60,941 nucleotides of DNA, from contig JBDRCO010000020.1 in NCBI GenBank assembly GCA_043821645.1, forward strand, positions 1-60,941, written 5' to 3'. This DNA comes from Pseudomonadota bacterium. Lineage in GTDB: Bacteria; Myxococcota; JACRCW01; JAFGSX01. The notes under the pieces were generated by a model, which made no database searches, was not told the DNA's origin, and saw nothing but the letters and a program-made list of their open reading frames with translations. The translations under genes and the position numbers were made by a program. Of this stretch, positions 28,001 through 35,632 are shown piece after piece. Position 1 is the first letter of the stretch; each line of letters begins with the position of its first letter.

Positions 28001-30146
28001 TGGGCCAGGGTTGATCCCACTGTGGAAAATCCCCGCACAGCTCGACGCGGGCGCCCGTCGTCGCACGGCAGGTGAAGGCCACGGTGGTCCTGGGGGAGGA
28101 TGGATGATTCGCGTCCCCGCACCGTGAAGCGGCAGATTTCAAGGCCCAGACCTGAACCTGAAGAGGCTGCAGGTGGAGCGCCAGGATCGAGCCGGTGACC
28201 ACGGGGGGCGTGTTGCCGGGTTCTCGGCTCGTGACGACCTCGACACTGTCGAAGAGAGACTGCACCGAGAACTGCGATACCGACACCAACGTGTGCATGG
28301 TCTCGACGTCCAGCGCGAAGCGCGCACGGTGTGGCGCGCGGGGATCCAGGTTCGCCACGACCAGTAGCGGGTCGCCCTCGCCCCCTTCAGAATGGCGGAC
28401 CATGGCCAGCAGCTGAGGATGCGCCGTGCCGTCGCTCGTGCGCAACCAGGCTCGTCGGACACCGTGCAATACGGGCTGCTCGCGCCGGAGCTGGCGAAGC
28501 TGTCTCATCACCTGTGCGTGCTGTCGCCCCTGGCGAGTGATGTGGCGAAGCGCAGGCACGCGCTCGAGCCGGCGCACCTGCATGCGCTCGTCCTCCCCCA
28601 GGTCGTCGCCGGCCACGTCCATCACCGGGCCACCGACCAGGTGGAGCAGCGAGACCAGGGCGCGGGTGCGCTCGAGGTTCGTGCCCAGGCGCCTCAGGGG
28701 CCGGTCCATGTCGTGGTTGGACAGGCCCAGCAAGTGGCAGAACCAGGGGCTGTCGACAATCTGTTCGAGCACCTGCGGCGAGCTGTCGTGTATCCAGGTG
28801 GCCAGCCAGTCCGCCTGCAACAGGTCCACCAGGTGCTGGGTGACCCCGGCGGTGTCGTAGTCCTCACCGATGAACAGTATGCGCGTGCCCGGTCTGTTTC
28901 TGTCCACGTCCGCCTGCACCAGGTTGCAGGCCTGTTCCACGAAGTCGGGGGGCAGGCCGGCGAGGTGATCGAGGCGAAAGCCGTCGACGCGCATGTCCAC
29001 CGCCCAGTAGCGCAGCACACGGATCAGCCAGGCGCGCACCTGGCGCTGCGCGTGGGTCGGGTCTGCGTCCTCGAAGCGGTGAAAGTCGAGGCGACGACGA
29101 CCGTGGTTGAGCTGCCGCGCGTCGGGCCACTCGAACCAGCCACCGGGCGCGATCCTGTCGACCTGGCGCGCGCCCGCCGGGAAGCCGTCGACGGCGCCAA
29201 ACATCCAGGGCGCCAGGTGCTCGAGATGAGGTGGCACCCGCGCATCGTCGAGCCGTTGCTGCAGGTCCGCGCGCTGGGTGTCGTCGAGCTCGAGCTGCGA
29301 AAAGTCGTTGTCCCGAAGCACCCGACGTTCGCGTCCCCGGGTGTCGGTGCTGCAAAACAGGTCGCGAAAGCGAAAGCCGTGCCCCACGTGGTTGAGCGCC
29401 AGGTCCAGGATCACGCGCAGGCCCAGGGCGTGGGCCGCATCGACAAAGGCCAGAAACTCCTCGCGGGCCGCCTGCTGCGCGGCCTCCCCGACGAGACCCC
29501 GCGCACGCGCCGCCAGCTCGGGTCGCACCGAGAAGAAATCCACCGGGGCGTAGGGGCTGCCCATGACGTCGTCCGGGTGCACCTTCGCCGCCGCTGAGCC
29601 CGGAAACACGGGCAACAACCACAGGGTGTTCTTGCCCTGCTCGGCCAGCCAGCGCAGGGTGAAGGCGCCGTCCTCGAGCGGTGAACCTGAACCCATCAGA
29701 TCGGCCAGGGTGCCCGGCAGCCCGTCGTCGCAGGCGTTGAGGTTGGGCACGCTCAGCACCTCGATGTCGAGGCGATCCAGCGCCGGGTCGCGCGGCCTGA
29801 ACACCAGGTCCGAAAAACCCTGCTCGGTGGTCCACAGGTAGCTGGCGCCCCCATCGTCGGTCACCCGGGCGGCCACGCGATAGGTGCCCACCCTGTGCAC
29901 GGCGAGCTGCACGCTGTAGTGCGCGATGCCGTCGCGGTCGCCCTGCCAGGTCATGCTCCTGGCCGAGTAGGCCCAGGGCGCGTCGTTGTGATCGACGTTG
30001 GTCCAGGCCTCGACCCGAACGCTGCGGCCGTCGGCCACCCCGGCCAGGCGCAGCTCCACCAGCAGGGCATCGCCTGGTCCATGCCAGTCGAAGTCCACGC
30101 GACCGGCGGCGTTGCAGTGAGGCGAGCCAAAGAAGACGATGCGCAT
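25017..30146 (-). CDS. fusion protein: GH13 alpha-amylase + CBM48 + GH13 (neopullulanase-like) + radical SAM/twitch
   Basis: GH13-1: DLALNH, DGFRLDH, IGE, SNHD. CBM48: VELCGDF..W...YRYRFRVDG. GH13-2: YGGDLDG, DGLRLD, LGE, DNHD. Radical SAM: CGLRCGHC and 'CRLPW...DG...GNI...IWNG'. No internal stop; start uncertain (ORF is open to 30314). Confidence 0.85.
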   Translation of the reverse strand: MRIVFFGSPHCNAAGRVDFDWHGPGDALLVELRLAGVADGRSVRVEAWTNVDHNDAPWAYSARSMTWQGDRDGIAHYSVQLAVHRVGTYRVAARVTDDGGASYLWTTEQGFSDLVFRPRDPALDRLDIEVLSVPNLNACDDGLPGTLADLMGSGSPLEDGAFTLRWLAEQGKNTLWLLPVFPGSAAAKVHPDDVMGSPYAPVDFFSVRPELAARARGLVGEAAQQAAREEFLAFVDAAHALGLRVILDLALNHVGHGFRFRDLFCSTDTRGRERRVLRDNDFSQLELDDTQRADLQQRLDDARVPPHLEHLAPWMFGAVDGFPAGARQVDRIAPGGWFEWPDARQLNHGRRRLDFHRFEDADPTHAQRQVRAWLIRVLRYWAVDMRVDGFRLDHLAGLPPDFVEQACNLVQADVDRNRPGTRILFIGEDYDTAGVTQHLVDLLQADWLATWIHDSSPQVLEQIVDSPWFCHLLGLSNHDMDRPLRRLGTNLERTRALVSLLHLVGGPVMDVAGDDLGEDERMQVRRLERVPALRHITRQGRQHAQVMRQLRQLRREQPVLHGVRRAWLRTSDGTAHPQLLAMVRHSEGGEGDPLLVVANLDPRAPHRARFALDVETMHTLVSVSQFSVQSLFDSVEVVTSREPGNTPPVVTGSILALHLQPLQVQVWALKSAASRCGDANHPSSPRTTVAFTCRATTGARVELCGDFPQWDQPWPMQETESGTYRCQLDLAPGVYRYRFRVDGRTWLDDEHAATVDRSEGVANAVLVVSGSASPLFFAPDPRHLQRQEGRVVVQLVHEGATPPRHLWLHPGHSEVSTGRAQTVPLRCVHRVGERALLRAELTLDGSDRPWQLSVDRHQGPRFSLPRPDDHLAHAPTWARAAVFYGIFVDRWHTGAGSTPDARFSARSAPSTASTYYGGDLDGVTEHLNALVQLGVDALVLTPLQPSPTPHRYDATDLLCIDPLLGGEAALQRLLEAAHTRELRVVVDLSVTHVNQAHPAFQDLLQQQQRSAYRDWFHVQKFPVLAGDARTVRLYPTRPELPVLNLESGPAREHALAAALHLVELGVDGLRLDNMGDASASFWAELRSRARALNPELLLLGEVVSDRPHRFAQERGADLVTDFGHREAMLAFFGRAELDAATFWQQSVRARFGMGPFDPSFFLLFVDNHDTGRFVSRVGFHDRLRLALAYLLFRPEPLWLTYGTELGMCCDTPSPTLDDAWPDRQPMPEQDSPPTRTAQLIREFSAMRHSLEPWQQGELVLRRALGSLLVLERRSDRGTVRGYFNVGDDGLVVDDLPASAVCVVAVNTDSTHGSGVLAPRAAAIYWTGGEIPSQIAHRTRSTSVDDPARSSPRNEGTESTLSPVDAAFRAGRVDEVPLPARFYLNLTERCGLRCGHCLTRAPERTRDGTARDMSAAVVEALAPHLVHAHYVGFPHAGEPLLAPQLEPMLRALHQARGGEPTVVHLLTNGQKLDLERFAKLCELGVNSWSFSVDGLSARSHDVLRQGSHIERLLPLLCELADWRRQHRSETRLGIAWTVAASNLDEVEALVRFSAEIGLDWLKLEEMFAHNALSAREAAIPPEQLAAALHRAQVLAAELGLSLLDHTRTPELYNCLVDGDPVLAAFSRGDDRINRMAINPCRLPWELCCVEPDGSLKPVSFDHPVAGNILDQDLQKIWNGVVCADARRLAIRRRICHSLPLCARDPGPSGW

Positions 30147-30301
30147 GAGATCCTGGGCCCACACGACGCCGCGCGCTATCTCGGGGCGGTGATGTCGACG
30201 GGCGATGGCAATTGTCAACGACATCGGGCTGCGCTGCAATGGCGGGCACAAGCTCGTCAGCGATCCGGATCGGTTCGCGCGAGCCCTGGGAGTGCGCGCA
30301 C

Positions 30302-32245
30302 GTGCAGCAGCCATCCCTTCATTTCGGCGATCGCCCCTGTCCCTGCCCCCGCTGCGCCGACATGGCCACGGCGGACGAGCACACGCGCCACCGCGCGATT
30401 CGCAGCCTGCTTGACTACGTCGCTGTAGACAGGCGCGCCTTCTTCGCCTCGCAGCTCGATCAGCTCAGCGTCCTGGGCGAGCGCGACGACACCCTGCTCG
30501 AGCAGATCTGCGAGCTGACCCCTGGCGCCATTGCTCCGCTGCGCCTCGACGAGCTGGGCTACGCGACACACCTGGCCGAGCAGCTGGATGCCCTGGCCGG
30601 CGACGCACCCACCCGCGAGCGCCTGCGCCACTACTGGCAGCTGCGTCTGGACTGGCGCGATCATCTGCGCACCACCGTGCAGGAGAGGCACAGCCTGCGC
30701 CTCGAACTGCGCGGTCGTTCCTGGCACGTCGAGGTCCCGGCCAGCCTCGACAGCTACCTGTTGCTGTTCGAGATCTTCCTGTCGCAGCCTTACCGTGGCA
30801 TGCCCGCGGTGCCCGTGGTCTACGACCTGGGCGCCAACATCGGCCTCAGCGCGCTTTATTTTCATGCCCATCTGCCACAGGCGCGCCTGGTATGCGTGGA
30901 ACCTGTTGCCGAGAACCTCGCCTTTCTCGAGGAGAACCTGCGCCGCAATGGCATTGCAGCCGAGGTGCGGGCCGAGGCCGTGGCTGCCGAGGACGGAGAG
31001 CTCGCATTGCAGGTGTGCACCCAGGCCCCCAGCCTGAGCTCGCGCTTCGCGCTGCGCGATCTGGCCTCGGACAGCCTGGCCGCTCTGAGCACCGAGCGAC
31101 GCGTGGTTCCGGCTCGCAGCCTGCGTTCGCTGCTCACCGAGGATCAGGCGGGCATCAAGCTCGACATCGAGGGCGGCGAACACGCCCTGGCCAGCCTGGG
31201 CGATGCCTTTGCCTCAGCGCGGTGGGTGGCGGGCGAGCTCCACGTGGGCCCGGGCCTGTCTCCGCCCGAGCGCGCCTTCGACCTGCTGGCCCAGCTCGCC
31301 CGGGACGCCGAGCTCGACGTGGCCGTTCCTGGCGTGTTCGGCGACACGGTGACCTACACCTTTCGCGCGGTGCGTCCGTTTCGACTGCGCGCCCTGTCGA
31401 CGCGAACGGCTCGTGGGGCGAAGGGCGAGAGCCCGCTGGCTTCGCCGCCACCTGCGACGCAGGCGCTAAGTGCCAGCCAGCGCCTGGCCATCGTGGCGCA
31501 GGCCCTGGACGGGGACAGCTCAGCTCCGCCCACGCCCTACCGCTACCCTGATGCCGAGGAGGCCCAGCCGCGCGGCAGTTTTCCCATCGCCACGCGCCAG
31601 GCCGAGACCGCGCTGTGGCTCGAGCTGGTGGAGCGCGCCCGTGCGCGCAGCGGGCGAGCAGACCTGGCCCTGGATGCAGGCTGCGGCTGGGGCTACTACA
31701 CGGCGCAGCTGGCCCGACGCTACGCCGCGGTGATCGCGGTGGACGCAGATCCGCTGCGCGTCGAACAGGCGCGGGCGACGCTGGCTGCGGACGACACGCA
31801 GGTGCATTTCGCGGTGCTTGGCCTCGAGGACGACAGGCTGCGCCATCCCTCACTGCGAGGTCAGTTTGACCTGGTGCTCTGCGCCCAGGTGCTGGGGCAC
31901 GTCGCCGTGGGCCAGGATCTTCGCATCCTGCAGACACTCACCGCGCTCCTCGCGCCCGGCTCGGCCGTGCTGCTCTCGGTGCCCTACACCAATCTTCCGG
32001 TCGACGACTTCCGGGCTGCGGCACCCGCCGACGATGGAAAGATGCGCGGGCGCATATCCAACCCCGGCGAGTTCGAGCAGCTGGTGCGCACGCCCTCGGC
32101 GACAGAACTCCCGGTGCGCCACTACGCCATGCCCACCATCCTCGGCGCCCTGAAAGCCGTCGGTCTGCACGTCGAGGAGCACCACCCCTGCAGCTGGTAC
32201 TCTTACGAGCACGCGGATCTGTGGTTGCTGGCGCGGCGCCCCTAG
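30302..32245 (+). CDS. double methyltransferase: FkbM family + class I SAM-dependent
   Basis: FkbM motifs YDLGANIG, VEP, IKLDIEGGE; second domain LDAGCGWG, FDLVLCAQVLGHV; start 30302 (GTG) or 30362 (ATG). Confidence 0.85.
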   Translation: MQQPSLHFGDRPCPCPRCADMATADEHTRHRAIRSLLDYVAVDRRAFFASQLDQLSVLGERDDTLLEQICELTPGAIAPLRLDELGYATHLAEQLDALAGDAPTRERLRHYWQLRLDWRDHLRTTVQERHSLRLELRGRSWHVEVPASLDSYLLLFEIFLSQPYRGMPAVPVVYDLGANIGLSALYFHAHLPQARLVCVEPVAENLAFLEENLRRNGIAAEVRAEAVAAEDGELALQVCTQAPSLSSRFALRDLASDSLAALSTERRVVPARSLRSLLTEDQAGIKLDIEGGEHALASLGDAFASARWVAGELHVGPGLSPPERAFDLLAQLARDAELDVAVPGVFGDTVTYTFRAVRPFRLRALSTRTARGAKGESPLASPPPATQALSASQRLAIVAQALDGDSSAPPTPYRYPDAEEAQPRGSFPIATRQAETALWLELVERARARSGRADLALDAGCGWGYYTAQLARRYAAVIAVDADPLRVEQARATLAADDTQVHFAVLGLEDDRLRHPSLRGQFDLVLCAQVLGHVAVGQDLRILQTLTALLAPGSAVLLSVPYTNLPVDDFRAAAPADDGKMRGRISNPGEFEQLVRTPSATELPVRHYAMPTILGALKAVGLHVEEHHPCSWYSYEHADLWLLARRP

Positions 32246-32267
32246 CGCGCTCGCCGCCCGACGCCAG

Positions 32268-32553
32268 ACGACGTCACCGAGCACGCGTCAGCGAAATCGA
32301 GGTTCTTTTACAGTGCTGGTCGGGAGGGGGCCCCGGCGGGATTCACTCCCGGCGGGGGAGGGTCTGCCCGACAGACCCTCGAGAAGCATCAGCGCCCGAC
32401 GCCCGCCGTCAACAAACGCCTCTTCTCAACATACGCCCAGATAACGACGTCGCCGAGCACGCGTCAGCGACGCGAGGTGTCCTAGACGGCGCTGGCGGGG
32501 GTGAATGCCGTCGAATTCACTTCGACGGCAGAGGGGGGCGCCCGACGCCCCCC
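32268..32553. repeat. two tandem structured units (176-bp spacing) with covarying hairpins; REP/BIME-like or ncRNA
   Basis: Shared ACGACGTCRCCGAGCACGCGTCAGCGA leader at 32268 and 32444; each unit has a TTCAC-loop hairpin then a CCCGA-loop hairpin, with different stem sequences. Confidence 0.75.
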
Positions 32554-32566
32554 AGTGAAAGAACGC

Positions 32567-33346
32567 CTACGGCTGGTCCGGACGAAGCTCGGAGCCATCG
32601 ATCTCGAAGTTATTGAAGGCCTTGCCGTCCTTGTTGACGTAGCGGGTACCCTGGTCTGTCTCCAGCCGCAGGTAGAAGCTCAGCCCACCGCTATCGCCGG
32701 CCAGCGCGCGCAGGTCGCCGGTGTCGACGGAGGCGGCCAGGTACTTCTTCTCGGGCACATGCGAGCTGCCACCACCGCGGGAGTAGCTCTGGTAGCCGTC
32801 CTGGGTCGCCACATCGAGGGGGATGGCCACGGCCTCGCCGAGATCCGAGCCGGCTTCGGGCTGGAAGCCCTTGGGGCCTATGACCAAGGTGGCGCTCTGC
32901 AGGTTCTTCTCCAGGAAGCCCTTGTCCATCAGGTCGCAGTCGAACAGGAACTTGTACGAATCAACCTCGCGCTGGCGGCTCCCACCGCTGGCACTGTCGT
33001 AGTTGGAGTAGGTGGACTTTGTGCGACCCGTGCGCACGTTGCCCGCGCCCAGGCCGGGCACGTTGAAATCGCCCTTCCAGCCATAGGCGCCCACGGTCAT
33101 CAGGAAGGGGTACTCCTGATGGAAGGTCTTGACCTCATGCTGGCGGCCGCCGACTACCTTGAGCGCGTCGTCGAGATTGGCAGGTCTATCGCCGAGGGTC
33201 TTCTCGGAGTACAGCCGCGCGGCCTCCTCGGCTTGCAGCACGCCGTCGTTGTTGGCGTCAAAGCGCTTGGCCTCCTTCTCCTTGCTGACGTCGCCGATGT
33301 TGGAGATCTGGACCCCGGAACGCTGGCCGACCTTGAACGTGCTCAT
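32567..33346 (-). CDS. hypothetical protein (EF-hand-like DANNDG motif; CBM21-like C-terminus)
   Basis: GAGG RBS; strong codon bias; FDANNDGVLQAEE; C-terminal FYLRLETDQGTRYVNKDGKAFNNFEI. Confidence 0.75.
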   Translation of the reverse strand: MSTFKVGQRSGVQISNIGDVSKEKEAKRFDANNDGVLQAEEAARLYSEKTLGDRPANLDDALKVVGGRQHEVKTFHQEYPFLMTVGAYGWKGDFNVPGLGAGNVRTGRTKSTYSNYDSASGGSRQREVDSYKFLFDCDLMDKGFLEKNLQSATLVIGPKGFQPEAGSDLGEAVAIPLDVATQDGYQSYSRGGGSSHVPEKKYLAASVDTGDLRALAGDSGGLSFYLRLETDQGTRYVNKDGKAFNNFEIDGSELRPDQP

Positions 33347-33615
33347 GGCAACCTCTGTGTTGTGAACCGGTGACCCCGGTACCCTGCGTGTATGGCATCC
33401 AAGCCTTGGCCTGGCGCCGGTCCTTGTCAAGCGCGCTCAGTGCTGTCACCAGAGCCCGCCCCGTGCATGGGAATAGCGATGAATCCCGGGATTTGGCGGC
33501 ACACACTTGACGAGCGCAGGCTTTGGTTCTCATCGTGAGCGCCTGGGCTCGCTGCACCGGGATGCCACGCGCCGAATGACCTGCCCTGGGGGGCCGAACG
33601 CCGAGGGGTGACTAG

Positions 33616-34224
33616 ATGCCAGACCAGCCGCGGACCTACGACGTGAATGTGAACCCGCCGCCGGGAACGCCGACCGGTGTGTGGGATCCTGCCTGGAATG
33701 ACGCAGTCGTTGCGTCGGAGCTGGCCTTGCAGGCCTACGGCCGCGTGCGCCACCTGCCTTTCGATGGCTGCACCCTGCTGCCGGCAAGCGAGATGCCGAG
33801 GCTGGCCAAGAAGCACACCGAGCAGCGCAGCTTCAAGCTCGACCGCGTCGTGGATCTGCCAGCGGTGGGAGTACGCTTTCGCGGCGGCTCCTATGGCGAG
33901 ATTTTTCGGCGCTACTCCTTTGGTCCGCGCCCCGCCGCCAACTTCCACGCCCAGGCCGTGTTTTTTGGGGCCGACTCCGAGGGCCGCTTCTTCGTCGACG
34001 CACGGGTGGGGCTGGTCGGTGGCAGCATCAAGGACGAAGCCGCACTGGCCATCGCCTTTGTGGGAACCGCCGGGGTACTCGGTGGCGTGGCCTGGCATGG
34101 CCAGGTGCAAAGCGAGCATGACAACCACCTGCTGATCCTGGGTCGCGACGAGACACTGCGAGCTGCCTTCGACCAGCTCACCGAGGTCCAGGTCGAGTTC
34201 TTCGCCAGGTGCGCGGGAGCCTGA
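33616..34224 (+). CDS. hypothetical protein
   Basis: GAGGGG RBS; 202-aa ORF with coding-like composition, convergent with the radical SAM gene. Confidence 0.7.
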   Translation: MPDQPRTYDVNVNPPPGTPTGVWDPAWNDAVVASELALQAYGRVRHLPFDGCTLLPASEMPRLAKKHTEQRSFKLDRVVDLPAVGVRFRGGSYGEIFRRYSFGPRPAANFHAQAVFFGADSEGRFFVDARVGLVGGSIKDEAALAIAFVGTAGVLGGVAWHGQVQSEHDNHLLILGRDETLRAAFDQLTEVQVEFFARCAGA

Positions 34225-34231
34225 ATCCCTG

Positions 34232-35485
34232 TCAGGTGGTGGTCGGCCCGGGAAAGGGTCCCTCGTCCCACAGCATCGGCGTCCAGGCATCGGTGTCGGC
34301 CACGCTGTCCGCAACCAGGTAGCGATCGATGCGCCAGCCACATCGCTCGCAGGGCTCGGCGGAGGTGAACTGCCGTTTTTGCCAGCGCTCGCGAAAGCGC
34401 TGCAGCCTCTCGCCAGCCCAGATCTCGGCCAGCGACTGGGTGCGCAGGTTGCCGTAGTCGATGGCACCGTCCACGTCGTGACAGCAGGCCACCACGGTGC
34501 CGTCCCACAGGATGGAGACGAACTTGTAGGGCGAGGCGCAGGCCTGGCGCAGGGGCACCACGCCCAGGGGCTGTATCTGTGGATCGCCAAAGTCCTCGAG
34601 CAGGCGCACCACAGGCTGTAGCCAGGGCAGCTCGGGTCGGCTGTAGCGCGCGAACAGCTCTCGCCACTGGTGCCGATTGTGAACCGTGGCCACCATCGAG
34701 ATCATCAGCGTCGGCGGCCGCGGCAAGGTCGCAGCGCGGGCGATCAGGTATTCGATGCGGCGCTCGACCACCTCGAAAGCTCCCGCGGTCCGACCGCGGA
34801 GCGTGTGCAGCGTGGCCGTGTCGAGGCCATCGACGGACACGATGAGCACCCCAACCCCCGCGTCCAGCAGGGCCTCGGTGCGCCGTTCCGTGAGCAGGAT
34901 GGGATTGACCGAGATCTCGGGCTCCAGCCCGGCCGCGCGGACGATGCGCACCGCAGCCGCCGGGTCTGGATGCAGCAGAGGATCGCCAAAATGGTGGAGG
35001 CCAAACGGCTTGCGCTGTGGCAGGTGCCGCACCTGGGCCACGATCTCGGCCAGCAGGCCCAGATCCATGTGGCCGACAGGACGGCTCATCTGTCCCAGGC
35101 CGCGGGGACAGAACAGGCAGGTGAAGGGGCACGCATTGGTCAGCTCGACCTGGTCCACCAGGGGCAGGTTCTGCAGCTCGGACTGCTGCAGGCGATACCA
35201 CGCGCTCTCCTCGTCGACACTGGAGTCGATGAGCAGACCCTGCGCCACCAGGTGTTCCAGCATGCGCTGCAAGTGTTCGGGATCCTCGGGCACGCCAGGC
35301 CGGCGCAGGCGCTCGTCGGTGGGCCGACGATCGGCGCGGTCCCACAGGGCCCGCAGCACGGCCGCGGTGGGCGGATACAGCGGTGCACTGCCGGGGTGCA
35401 ACAGGCTGCTCAGATACAGCTGGCCCTGCTCGCGAAAGCGCAGCACCAGTCGTGAAGTGTACAGATCGGGAGCCAGCTGCACCAT
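34232..35485 (-). CDS. radical SAM/SPASM(twitch) protein with RRE-like N-terminus
   Basis: CPFTCLFC; GDPLLH; CASPY...WDGTVVACCHD...PCERC; N-terminal beta-strands then helices ending LVAQGLL. Confidence 0.92.
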   Translation of the reverse strand: MVQLAPDLYTSRLVLRFREQGQLYLSSLLHPGSAPLYPPTAAVLRALWDRADRRPTDERLRRPGVPEDPEHLQRMLEHLVAQGLLIDSSVDEESAWYRLQQSELQNLPLVDQVELTNACPFTCLFCPRGLGQMSRPVGHMDLGLLAEIVAQVRHLPQRKPFGLHHFGDPLLHPDPAAAVRIVRAAGLEPEISVNPILLTERRTEALLDAGVGVLIVSVDGLDTATLHTLRGRTAGAFEVVERRIEYLIARAATLPRPPTLMISMVATVHNRHQWRELFARYSRPELPWLQPVVRLLEDFGDPQIQPLGVVPLRQACASPYKFVSILWDGTVVACCHDVDGAIDYGNLRTQSLAEIWAGERLQRFRERWQKRQFTSAEPCERCGWRIDRYLVADSVADTDAWTPMLWDEGPFPGPTTT

Positions 35486-35632
35486 GTTGTCGCTTCCTGC
35501 TCAGCGGCGCTTAGCACGGGCACCCAGCTGCAGCAATGCAGCGCAGGCGGGAACGCTCGCCAGGCTGCGCGCGTCCACCATAGACTGCCAGGGCTGTCTA
35601 CGGCGCGGCGCAGCCGCGACAGGTGTCCGGTG

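Noticed and set aside
35486-35632. RiPP precursor peptide between or beside the rSAM genes
   Set aside because: No short ORF with RBS and a leader/core pattern found by eye here or at 32246-32566 and 33347-33615.
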